Under the pieces are notes generated by a model. The model was not told the origin of the DNA, did not search any database, and was given only the letters and a program-made list of their open reading frames with translations. Below, piece by piece: positions 12,216-24,630 of a DNA stretch of 64,000 bases. Made by a program: the position numbers and the translations under genes. This DNA comes from Takakia lepidozioides (Eukaryota; Plantae; Bryophyta), in assembly GCA_030704615.1 (NCBI GenBank), contig CM060731.1, positions 8,060,001-8,124,000 on the forward strand, read 5' to 3'. Within the stretch, counting starts at the first letter, position 1; every line of letters starts with the position of its first letter.

Positions 12216-15200
12216 AATTTCACCTTAAAAAATTACCACAAACAAAAATATTAATCATGGAGACCAAATTGCTATCAAGTCCTGTAAGATTTGCTTAACA
12301 ATGGTAACAACGAGGTGCATTGCAATATCCAAGCTTTGACAACTTTATCAAAAATTTAAAATAGTTTAGTATAATGTTTGTCTATGTCTTTTATGGTCAT
12401 CATCTTCTTTATATTGTTAGATTGGAGGTCATAGTAATCACGGCAAATATATATGTAGCATGAGCAAATTATCGGTGTGTACAATGATGCTACTTAATTA
12501 TGTCTTTTGCTATATGCGATTTTATTTTCATTGGCTCATAGATGTTTCACAATGACGTATCAAAAGCGAAAATAAGGTTGACATTGCTCAAAGAAGAACA
12601 CGACAACCCTTTGTTGCCTAGAGGCCAAAGGTTTGTGGACATCATGGGTGGCTGTTTGGATGTCAATTTGCTTATTCACAATAAGCTCTAAGAAGACGAC
12701 CTCAATGTCATCCGGGGGAAGGTGGTTGACAACTACAACTATGGATTAGGGGAGGCATCTAAGCGGTGAATGATTTTGTGTCGAGGAGTACTCATCCCAG
12801 AATGAGAATTCTAGTCGGATCTCTTTGAGGTTCTCCACCTCATCTTGAACCATTTTCATGTCTTCCTCATAACAGCCAATTTGTGCCTCCATTCTACCCT
12901 CAATCCGAGCCTCCTAACAAGCCTCCATTTGGACCATTCAGACCAGCTCTATGGCCATATCCGTGGCAATCGATATCATGCGTCCCGACAATGAACCCAA
13001 TGTCATTTTTGTCACCTCCCACTACTTGCTTCGGATCTCTTGGGAGCCTGTGTATAAGGATTCTAATCATGTCACTTTGACATGTAGTTAGAGATCAGGA
13101 TAGAAGTCAGTTGTAACAAGAACCAAAAGAAATGAAAGAGCTTTAGGCAAAATGGTGAAGCAAAAAGGCCATGATGATGAAAAATGCAAAAGATCACAAA
13201 CATTCAATGAGACAATATTGCATGATACTAAATTGGTCAAAAAAATATAAGATGATGTGATTCAACGGATGTTTGATAATATGATATTAGATGAAATGAG
13301 ATTCCTTGGTTTAATAAAGTTTTCCTAAGGGCAACTATCCCTGTTTGTTTTTTTGAAATACTTTATAAGTGTTATTTTCAGGGTTCTTCCAAATATGTAA
13401 TAACCATGATATTGGTGGCTCAAAGTTACTCATTCCACCTGGAATAAAGTCGTTATAATATACAACTGTTACAATTTGTATGCAATGCCTTGGATAAGTG
13501 ATGTAGAAAGCGTAAATTATGGGGACTACTCAGGACTACTACCTTATGTTGGAAGGATGACACTTTGAACCCTAGATCACATGGGTTGTTATGCATGGGC
13601 AGGGCACAAACTCTCAACCACTTGGCTACGCACTCTTTGGTGCCTACCTACATGAAATATGATTGTGACATATGTGAGTATGTTTATTCCTTGTAATATC
13701 TTTAGACTTCTAGTATAAAGGACCATTTGCTCCCGCATAAAAGCTTTCACAACATTCACCACTGGAAGATCAAACTTCTTCACTACTATTAGTAAGCCAT
13801 GATAAAGATAAAGATAAAGATTCTTTAACGTTCAGTGAAGATGTTCTCCTTCTCCACATTTACAATATACTTTTTCAACCTAATTACACGATTTGTGAGA
13901 AACCCCTATTACACCATGAGGCACTGACACCGTAATCAATGAATACATGAACCCTATACTCCAATAGCCGGTGATTGCCACGAAACAGTAATCTGAAGAC
14001 ACTTTCTCAAAAATCAAGGCGAGGTAGAAATTGCCTGGATTGGACTAAGAACATAGCAGGGCATTAAAGCCCAATTCCAATAAGATTGAGTAACCATGAA
14101 TTTGGCCATTTACTGACCTAATTTGCAAAGTACATTTTACAATGAAGAAAGTAGACTTTTCATAACACAAAACACATAACATTTTCCCTTTGTAAATCTT
14201 AGAAAGTATAGAATCCTAACAGATATAGAGAAATAACACTTATCCCTCCTTGGTAACTCCAAAGCCCCTAAGTAACCATGAGTGATGAATGACTTGTTTT
14301 TCTAAGTTGAAATATTGGATATAAGGGGTGTATCTAATGTACTTGACTACTACTTATCAAACCAAGTAGGATGTCAATACTAATATTGTTAGTAAATGTT
14401 GGGTGGGTGTATAACAATGGATGAGAATTGTAATTGCAGGATAATGCTAGTTTTTTTCCAATTATTTATTTAAGAAAACCTGCCAGTATAAGTTTGAAGC
14501 CTGCTCAACATTAGTAGGTTGCCAAAATCCATTATTTTCTTATACAAAAATTATTCTTACATATATGCATTGTGGTGGATGAGAGTCACTACTAACCCTT
14601 AATATCCCTCTAAGGTGGGTTTGAAGTTTTTGTAACCTTGCTGCTCTAAAATCAGTGCAAACTACCATACCTACCACCATTCATCCACAAATTGCAACCG
14701 GATAACATTGAGCTTAGTTCACTTACGCATCACACTCCTTCAAAGTTGACAAGATTCTCCAACGGATTTTAAAAAAAAACATGTTTTTGTAGACTTGGAA
14801 ACTGCCAGACTCCTATACAAAACTCCCACAAAGTTACTTTTCCTAAATTTCCCAAGCTTAAGACTGGTGCACTTCTTTTCAAAGTGCAAATTTTCCAAAC
14901 TTTTTGAAGAAACCCTGATATTTTTGATTTTTGATTTTTCTTAAATTTAGAAAAGCGAGTGGACACCCTTGAACTTCATGAAAACAGGGGGACAAAGCTG
15001 TCCCAGCAGACCCCGACTATAGATGTGACTAAGTAATGCACCACAATGTCCAAAATTTTCTAGAATTGAGAAAATTACCGGCCCCATTGCACCAATCCCT
15101 ACCACGTGTCCAGTCAGCCGTGGATTCCCCATTCCCAAAGGGTGAGTGATCGTGGGCGGAGATCGTGGGCGGAAATTCGCCCATGTCATACCTTTTCTGT

Positions 15201-16744
15201 CCTTAGGGAGAGGCTGGATGAGAGGGACCCCAACAGTTTTCGTGCAGAAGTCATCCCAATCCGATAGCATCTGCGGATGCTATGGAGATTCTCCCAAAGG
15301 TTGAATGTAATGATCGTGGGTTCAATTCCTTTAAGACATGGTGCTTATTTTTCTCCACTAGATTAGTGGTTTGGATGGTGGACTTTGAGATGAAAAGGTG
15401 CCTACGGAGGAGGATTAAATGCACAAAAGTGCTATGAAGCCAAGAAAAATGGATGAAAATTTAGGTTTATCATCCAGAACTGTACAAGTGTTGGAAAATA
15501 TTACTTCAACTTTTAAATCAAGTTGTCGCCTGGTATAGCAGGTTTTCTCTCATTCAGGCAGGCCTGTCTTCAATTTAACCTAATTGGGCACCCCAATGTT
15601 ATAGTTGAGGCCATGATATATCTACTATACCATGTGTACAACATATACTTGGAACATTTTGGAGGCATCTGTACATGTACAACAGAGAGAAGCCGATAAC
15701 ACTCAAGGTCATGGTACTCACATTCAAGGCGACATTTGACAACATTGAAAATCATATACTTGACCACATATGATCACATGAGATCCTATGAGAAGTTAGA
15801 CAAGTCCCAGCTGTGCCCTTCAATTGGAGGAAAGACCTTCTTACAAAGTTACACACTGTGTCTGTTGGCATCAACGGCCTAAGGTTGGTTTCCTTTGGAG
15901 ATAGCTGGCAGGGTCTGTCCCTTGAATACCAAGGCAATTCTCTGGCAGATCTTTACGTGCATGAATTCGATTCTGTCCTTTGTGTATCAACTATCAGCGA
16001 GCTGCTGCCCAATTAGTTTATCATTTCTGATCACACGCAGACGCGTATAGTATGGTTCAAGTTTCCATTTGCATGTGGACGATCGATTTGGCGACGGCAA
16101 ATCCAAAGACGGCGAGGCACAGTAACGGCGCTCGAGTCCCGAGTATCGGTGCTATTAAAAGAGCGACAAGTCTCTGCCCAATTCCCAGGCGCCGCTCGGA
16201 CATTTTGTAAGTATTTGTTTTAGCCTTCTGTTTTGTAGCTGGGAACGCAGGTCGAGGGGTGCCATGCTTCCAACACGTAGCCCACTAGCTATGTTAGTTA
16301 GGGCGCTCTGCGCTAAATTGGGTTTGAGTCCACACATCGATGTAATGTTGCGTTGTCAAAATTGAGTGCTTTTGACTCAACAAGAAATTTGACTCTGGAG
16401 TCTCCTGGGGATAAAGATCACGACAATGGGAATGGCCTTTGGAAACGCGACAGTCCCACCTCTCACGCTATATTATTAGTAGATCCGGTGCCCGTCCTCT
16501 TGGCTGGTGTTTCGATGGATCAACATGCTCCTGAAAATTTTATTGCAATTAGGGAAGTAAGCAAATGGGACTTGACAACGAGTCATATCCTAAACAAGAC
16601 CTGGTAACTGGCGAGCTGTGAGGTTCTCTTCTGACTAGAAGTTTGAGTACGTAGATTCAAAGAGGTAGAGTCAGTTCTCGTCAGTCAGATTCTAAATGAG
16701 TGGGGGCACAGCAGGCAGGTCTGGCGTGTTGTTGATTCCTTTTC

Positions 16745-18079
16745 CCTTGGGTCAAGTTCTAACTTGTACAGTGGGTCCCACACAAAATGATCAAATTCAA
16801 CTACACACCTACCCTCTCTCTCTTGATTGGCAAAACATCGTACAAAGAGGGTCTCTCTGATCTGACAACTTTCTCTGCCTGGATTTGAGGGTCCTTAATT
16901 TGACTACATCTCCCTGGAAAGTGCATCTAGAATCTGGCGGCGCAGTCTTTTAGCTCTAACACTGCCAGCCTACAGCAACCTTATCTGCCCTTCCCCCTTT
17001 CAATGGGGCTGGGATAATGAAAGGGACATCCAATCACCCACAACGGGACAAAAACGTGCCAAGATAGCCAGAAAAGAATGCCTGACCCATGAGCTCTGAT
17101 TTTAGATACTCTAAGGACACCTTTGCACTGTCACTCAGATCTCACATGGCTTCTAAAAACCCCCCACCCTCTCCCCCATTTTTTTTTTAGCTTTTTCTGT
17201 TTTCATTGAGCTACAGCCTCTTATTATAGCAGAAAATATTAGCATTGTACCTAGTCACAATTTTTTTTTGTTTTACACAAATTCTTCAGCTGGCACTGAT
17301 AAAACAAAAAGGCGAAACTGTAGCTTTGCTCAGGTAGATAGTAACGGCTACAGCTTGCCATCGTAACTGCCTGCCTACAAGTACTGCCCTTGCCATCATT
17401 CCACCAAAAATGTTTATGGCTAAACAAGTACTCCCAATATTGGCTAATCAAACACCAACTCACTACCCTCACACAACACCCTCAAATTATTGATCTCGTT
17501 GATTGCTGTGACACTGATAGGCACATTGTTCCATTTAACCCTAGCTATTATTTCCAATATAATTTGATATTTATTAAATACTTATACAAAAAACAAAGAG
17601 AGGGAATTAAAAAACAAAAAAAAGTGCTAGGTATACAATTTATGTGAACAGTGCTCTTGGCCTAATTTTGGCTCACGAACTCCCATATTAGTAAACCCAT
17701 GTTTAGGAAACTGTGATAGCACTCAGTTAGTGACTCTTCACACGAAGCCACTGAATTAGAAACTGTAAGTGACACGTAAGACAGTGCCAGAGAGTAAAAG
17801 TAAATATTGTCTAACGTCCAGTGAATTTACAGAGCCTACTGCTCAACACACAGGCCATCGAGTGCAAGAGAAAGAGAGACTATAGGAGGATGGATGACGA
17901 GTAGTCATCCATCGATTCCCCATCCGTTAGGGCAACTTGCTCATCCACCGGAGCCGGGTCAACGGTCAACGTGTCGACGTATACATACTGTGGCCAGGAA
18001 TAGTACGTACGTACACACAGATGGATCCCGGCCTTTACATGCCCGCCACGTACTTGACACCTTGTGCGACCACACGTGT
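16745..18079. promoter_or_regulatory. Putative cis-regulatory module A (paralogous to module B)
   Basis: Shares 17 collinear exact motifs of 7-20 bp with 20164-22038, including TAACTG/TAACG MYB-like cores, a CCAAT box (ATTGG) and a CACGTG G-box. No shared ORF. Confidence 0.55.
17791..17862 (-). mobile_element. 5'-truncated copy of SINE family 2
   Basis: The reverse complement of 17817-17862 (CTCGATGGCCTGTGTGTTGAGCAGTAGGCTCTGTAAATTCACTGGA) matches 48012-48057 with 2 mismatches. Confidence 0.75.
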
Positions 18080-19349
18080 CCGCGTAGCTAACCACCTACC
18101 GCTGAGCTTAGGGTGGTCCCGAGCTCAAATCTCCAGAGGGTATGGAGCATCCTTCCATAATAAACCACACGAAGTTGTTGGTGGGTGGTATGGAGTATGG
18201 AGGAGTAAATATAAATAATGCGGGGAAGGAAGGGTTCATTATTACGCAAAACGTGTCAGAGTGTAAGAAGATCTTTCCGTGATATTAATAACTAGCCTCA
18301 TCATCGCCTCGCCATCCCATACATTCAGCCCAGACAATCCAACATCAGAATTTAAAGACAAAAAAAGTATAATAAACATAGATAAAAATACTCATAATTA
18401 GACTAATACACAATCTTATACTATTGAATAATTGAAATACCGGAAAATTGGTTTTTCTTGTTTCATCCGCGGAGATAGGGTCTCCTCCACGGTCATAGGA
18501 CGCTGGTGGGGGACAGGTGGTGGCAGCACGCTAGATTCCAGCCCCATCTTTCGCACGTGCCACATTAACTGAGACTGGGGACCCAGTCAACGCCGCCGCC
18601 AGCAGTTAAGGTCTTAAATGGGCTGCTTAGTCAGAGCTGCGGTGGGTAATTAGTGGAGGGACGGGTTAGTAGACACTGGACAGTAAATACTTAAAACTAA
18701 GCGGTCTAGTAATCAGAGGTGTGTTAGGGGTGTTAAGTAGAAAGGGGGAGCATGAGTGATGGGGGTGTTGAGGGTGATGAAGTGGGGTTAAGCACAAGTA
18801 CAAAGGGCTTGCATATCACAGTAAATAAGCCCGACAAGGAGGTCACAAATGAATCATGATGTAGATTACAACCATAATGAGAGTGACAGTACTGCTACCC
18901 AAGCTCTCAATCAGAATGATGACATTTTTATGACTGCCAATCAGCAAAATAAAATGAAAAACATTTGCAGCAACGGCTATGTAGAGGCCAACACTAAGTT
19001 AGTGTATGCTGAACAAGTGTATCCCTCCTTCCCTGTTTCACACCAATTTAGGTTTCCTTGTTCTTTTTTCTTTTCTTTTTTTTCTTTTGGCTTCCTGGTA
19101 ATATAAAATATCATAAAGTTGTCTAGAAAACTAGTCATGTTCTGTCAGTAATAACCTAAATTGAAACTGGAGTTGGGCATCAAACATTTCTAAGTTAGCA
19201 CTAACTGTTTTAAGTGGGGCAGACCCTTATATGGACACTTTGATGAATTTACATACATTTATTCATACCCAGTTGAGAAATGCGATTCATAACCATAATT
19301 TATCTGAGTCCAGCAATGGAAGAGGCTTTGCCAGGCTAGTTATTTAGTA

Positions 19350-19446
19350 TTATAATTGTTGTTATTATTATTTTTCTTATTCTTATTTTTATTTTTTTGA
19401 AAGGGAAACACCTGGGAGCGACAGCTCACAAATCAGGCCCCTTAAT
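19350..19446 (-). mobile_element. 5'-truncated 3' end of SINE family 1
   Basis: CCTGGGAGCGACAGCTCACAAATCAGGCCCCTTAAT preceded by a T-rich tract (an A tail on the minus strand). Confidence 0.65.
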
Positions 19447-19800
19447 AGTGAGAGGATCTTTCACAGTAACCAGTGCCACGGAGGCTGAGAAATGGGACAG
19501 TGACCGCCCAGGTGTTATTATTATTCCTGGGTTTCCACGGAATGACCAAGTTAGCAACTGGTTAAATTTGCTGTGTTGTATATATGCCAGGCAAGGAACA
19601 ATGAACATGCTGTGACAAATTTGCAAGGGGAACACTTAATATTCAGCAAAAGAATTGTACGTTTTGATTAAGAGGTCAACATACCTTCATAACCACAGTC
19701 AATCTTCCTGACACTAAGGACTCTTACTTACATCTGCATGTACCTGGGGTTACATGACAGTCATGACCTACTGAGCTTTCTGTGCTTCTTTACAGACTAC

Positions 19801-19916
19801 CTCAAGAACACAGAAATTTAGATTGGGGAGCTCAAATATTACTTACTGATTAGTAAATCTCAAGAACACAGAAATTTAGATTGGGGAGCTCAAATATTAC
19901 TTACTGATTAGTAAAT
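19801..19916. repeat. Perfect tandem duplication, 58-bp unit
   Basis: CTCAAGAACACAGAAATTTAGATTGGGGAGCTCAAATATTACTTACTGATTAGTAAAT at 19801 and 19859. Confidence 0.95.
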
Positions 19917-20163
19917 TAATCTCGTCGCAAAGTTAGGTTATTCCCATGCCATTTCCGAAAATGACGGAGGTAAAGTCTGCATCAGTAATGACAAAAAACA
20001 TTCTCAGCTGTTGGTTGACATTTTTAAATGTGTAAAGTCTAATTTATTCTCTTGTTAGCTTCCTAGGGCAGTGAGCCCATAAATCATCCTCTCCCTCCTT
20101 TCTTCTGATCGCAACCCCGGGCCCTCATCAGTTCCCTCCATTGCTTTTCCACACTCCAAACTT

Positions 20164-22038
20164 CCTTGGGCTCAGTTGCTAAGACAATATAAGACTGTGA
20201 TCTGACAAGAGGTAGCACAGTTATGTGAGCCTGGATTTGAGGGTCCTTTGTTTGTAGGCAGCTGCCAGACTTCTCCCTGGAAAGCTGCTAGTTCATGGAA
20301 TCTGCAGGCAGCAAAGAGCTCAGAGCTCATCAGAGCTCAGGACTCATGTGAAGATATATTTTTGTTTAAGAAGGGCCTGACCCACCAGCCAATTATCAGC
20401 ATCGTTGTGGCGTCGGCGTGCGCAAACTACCTACCCTCTTCTTGCCATGACTCCCTTTTGAAACTCCTGTCTTTCAATATCATTTCCAATCAAAGAGTTG
20501 TGGTGTTGTGCAGACAAGTACAGAGAACATGAAGGAGGTGACACAAGGGTGGGGCAAGACTCTGTGTGTTCCCAGTGTTGTGATAACAGTAACGTCCACA
20601 GGCTGTCACTGTAACTGACAACTTGTACTGCTGCAGGCTTCTTGTGATATTCACCAAAAAATTTGTGATTGTTGATTGGCTGTAGCTGCCCATCAAGAGC
20701 TTTCCACCTTACACAATTTGCCCACTTCTACTATGTTTTGTTTTTCCAAGGCTCAAGCTATTTGAAGCTATCTGTTGTATTTTACTATTACTTTATTTTT
20801 ACTTCAATTTTTACAAGAACCTCTAGTAATTTTTAGACTCTGGATTGTAATGAAACTGCTTAAGATTGGGTTGTCAAGCATCAAGGTGTCTCTACAGACA
20901 TGCAGCTCCACCATTGCAAGTGGCAATACCAAGACGGGGACATCTTTATCATGTTGGTCACATTTTTAGGGTTCATTTCATCTATGGCACGGCTCTACAG
21001 AAGGTGCCCAGAAGGTTGAGTTTGTGATTGAATGTGTGGGAAGATTGAATTATGCTACCGACATGATTCGTCATCATGAGTATGTAACACAAGTCCTTTT
21101 CTTGCAAGATTTCACATAGATAGGGTGAGCTTCATAACTCAGCATCCAAAGGACAGTATGCTGTTAAGTAGATAGATAATCTTTGGCAACACTGAGAAAC
21201 TCAAAAACTTAAACTCAGTTAACTTACACGCAGTAAAAGTGGGTCATTTGTCATTTTTTATTTTTTATTTTTTTTTAATAAAAAAGGAAACCTGGGAGCG
21301 ACTGCTCACAATTCAGGCCCTTGAGGAGGGGGAAAAATTAACCCCCTTTCAGATAAGCCATTAGGCACCCAGGTGGGAAACGTCACCACCAGACCAGCCG
21401 GTCACGAACAATCCACACACCAGGCAGGGCAGCGGGTTTGAACCCCGAACCACCAAGGCGACACACTGTGCACTTACCAGCTGAGCTACCAGCTGATGTG
21501 CTTGTCATTTCCCTTTCTGAAAAAAACTCCTACACCCCAATGTTTCTGAATAAATGAAACATATCTCCATTTGTTTCCATTAGAAAAATAAATTATAAGT
21601 AGAAAAGAAAAGAAAAGAAAAAATGATATTTTAGGGGTTCTCCCATGATGTCCCCCTGCTTTAATGGTGTAAAAAACAAATCTAGTGCATGATATGGGGC
21701 CTGAACAAACGAGTAAAATATATGAATAGAGAGAGACGTGCAGTAAAGGAAGGTGATGATTAACTAACCGTCCATATTAAATAACGGCTGAGAATCTGCT
21801 CTGCTATTGGCTGCCACCTTTTCTTTTCTCTTGTATGTCCTTTTTCCTCCTCATCGTCCTCAGGCCATGGATGAATGAACGTGGTGAGTACAGTGATGGA
21901 AGGAAGGATGTAGAAAGGAAATCATCCATCCATAAGGGTCAAAGGGAGGTCCATATACATACGGTAGCGCGTACGTATAGGAATGGGGGCCAGTACCAGA
22001 ACGCCACGCACGAAAACCTCACGTGGGTTCGCACGTGT
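20164..22038. promoter_or_regulatory. Putative cis-regulatory module B (paralogous to module A)
   Basis: Same ordered motif series as 16745-18079, for example GCCTGGATTTGAGGGTCCTT at 20229-20248 and TCTCCCTGGAAAG at 20272-20284. Confidence 0.55.
21257..21501 (-). mobile_element. Full-length tRNA-derived SINE (family 1)
   Basis: Minus strand has Pol III A-box TAGCTCAGCTGG (21488-21477), B-box GGTTCAAACCC (21444-21434) and an A-rich tail. A 9-bp TSD TTGTCATTT lies at 21248-21256 and 21502-21510. Confidence 0.88.
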
Positions 22039-24630
22039 GGGAGTTATGAGAGTGAAAATCAGTGCTGAGCTCTGTTACCCACCAGCGGTTAAGGGACTGC
22101 AGTGCAGCAACAATGTTGGGAGCAAATATTCTTTACAAGATTTGTAGGCTGACACTAGATAATCTCTCTTGTCAATGAAGCAGTGTGGGGCCTGTTCTTG
22201 TCTGAGTTGCAGAGTGTTGTTGTTGTTGTTGTGATGAAGCAAGAAGAATGGAGCCCACAAAAACAGCAAACAGTGTGAAAGTTGGGGGAGATCACAGTTT
22301 TGACTTGGCATCTTGTGTGAGGAACAAATGTTTAGGGAGGTTGGCAGTTCTACAGAAGTTGATCCTCTGATCATATGTACAGACAGTTCTATCATTCGTC
22401 TTCGCCTCAACTTAATACTTCTGGTTGGAATTGGCCCCGGTGATCCGGGGAAAACCAGTAGCTGCAAGATCCACCAAGCGGCAGCTGAGAAATGAAATGA
22501 AATGAAATGGTACTTCAAAGAAAGTGCATTGGAATGGACTCGGAAGGAATCGACAGTGACAATAGAAGGTGCATGCATGCACAGTAGCTGGTACTAGATC
22601 ACTCGAAGAATACAAGCTTCTCTTCTTGTTGGGCTTTGAGTACTTGTGTTAGGTGGCTGTTCATGCCGGAGCTCCTCTAGCCCCTCCCCTGGTTCAGCAG
22701 ATGGTAGAGCTCAAGTTCAACAACCCGAAAAACCTTGTTTTTTGGGTGTCCAGCCAGAAGTCCGTAGAAAGCAATAAAAAAAGAGTAAAGAGGTCTCAAT
22801 AGTACAATTAGAAAGGTATTACACCTTCAATTCCTTCACCTTACAGAAGGCTCTAATTGCATAAAAGAAGGGAAGCACCGCTTTGTAAGATGAATGACAA
22901 CAGATACCCACTATCCTAATCTGTCTCCCATGGGAACGCAAAACAAATGGCTGGCTTACAATTGAGCTTGCAGAGCTTGAAAGGCAATCTAATATTACAG
23001 CCGTGTTATGAGCTCCATTAATGCAAACCCATGCTGCTTCTCATCAAACTTCTTTCAGATGCTGCAGGCCCACAGACAGAGAGAGAGTCTGACCTAGCTG
23101 AAAATGCTGAAGAGCTGTTGGAGATCCTCCATAATTGCTTCAAATCCCACACATCTGGTTGAGCTTTCCTATTATTCGACAGGGCGTGCCCATCTTGGAC
23201 TGTTCCCTGTATAACGACATATGTTCTACACTTCAGCATGGAATAGACACTGGACCTGTACGCCTGAGCGCAGATCAGACCCAATAATACTTCAGGACTT
23301 AACATTTGACATCCTCCTGACACGTGATCATATGTGGAGTGACATACACAATCAGAAAACAGACAAGTACAGCTACAATGAGAAGAAAATCTGTTTCAAC
23401 TATCACTGCTATGAGACCATTATATCCAGTTCTCAAGAATCAAGAGAAAACCACAAGCCTACTGAGAGGAGCTTTCAGGCCATTCACATACAACTGGTTT
23501 TCCTCACAGGAATTCTTCTCACCACAACCCCAAGGGTCAACTAGCTGCCTTGAAACATGTGCTGAGCAAGAGACATGGCAGAACTACTCATTTAGGAAGG
23601 ATTTAGACTTATAGATCACTGGGATCGGTCTAAGCCACAGAGTAGTATCTCTGTCTCCCATTCCTTTCAAGCAAAACTGAGTGCATGCTCATGACCATGA
23701 GGCTATTGAGTATATTTCTCTTTTCCACTAACCCCTTCCCATCTCGGAAACCTCTAGTAAGATCAAAGAATTGCTTGGAGCAATTACATATGATGTCACT
23801 GCACCTGCACTGTTGTGCTAGTAGAAACGTTTGGTCTTGTGGTGGCAAAGTTGAGAATCCTCCCAGATATTCACCAAGTTTTCCCCACTCGCGAAGGCGT
23901 GTTCGTAAGTTGTCCACTCCAACAAGTTTGCCAGAGAAAAAGGCTGGGTCAAGCCACCAACAGGCGAACTGATGATGTCCCTTCCTCCTCCTTACTACCT
24001 TGCCCTCGCTGCTCGTAGAGGAGTAGAGGCTATTTGATGCTGACAAACACCCCAGTTTTCTGTGACAAGTCAAGGCCTCAACAACATTCAATGAGTGTTC
24101 ACTTCCCTATCCACAATTACGAAATGTTCTGACACAGCACATTTCCACCTGACTGCCATTTTCTGCACTATGCCTCCCATTTCCTCAGGACATCACATTC
24201 CCATCCTCAGTCGACAGCTAAGGCGACAAGTGCCTACAGCCAGGCATAAATCATTTTCCTTCACCTTTTATAGTGCCAACAATGCTACTTAGTATGTAAT
24301 ATTTATTTCCAGACAGAAACGCAAAAGCGTACTTTTTTGAGCTCCAGGATACCACAGATGACTAGGCACAGTTCTTCTTCAACATCATGCTGGGCATGGG
24401 GAGACCCTGAGAGGGAATTAACAATCTAGCACTTGCCTCTGCAAGGTACAATGACTGCAAGAGGCGCTGCCCATTTTAAACAAAGTATTGATGTTGCAAC
24501 TCCAATACTATCTGTCTGGCCAACGTGAAAGGTCTAGCAGATGCGAAGTAGCCAAAAAACACATTATTCGAACAAGATAGCAACTACACACCTTTCTTCT
24601 GAACACCCTTGCATAAATGCCCAACAAATT

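Noticed and set aside
13560-13790. Possible Ty3/gypsy integrase zinc-binding remnant (GRAQTLNHLATH...CEYVYS)
   Set aside because: Similarity is only impressionistic and there are no supporting RT or integrase core motifs.
16745-20700. Small-peptide or known miRNA genes explaining the paralogous modules
   Set aside because: Motif spacing differs by non-triplet lengths, no ORF is shared, and I recognised no conserved land-plant miRNA sequence. A novel RNA is not excluded.
21430-21495. tRNA gene
   Set aside because: A and B boxes are present but I see no convincing acceptor stem, and it is followed by an unrelated body, A tail and TSD, so it is a SINE.
24370-24392. HDVEEE on the minus strand as a DYW-domain remnant of the nearby PPR pseudogene
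   Set aside because: Six residues only; the flanking GYVP and HSE motifs are absent.
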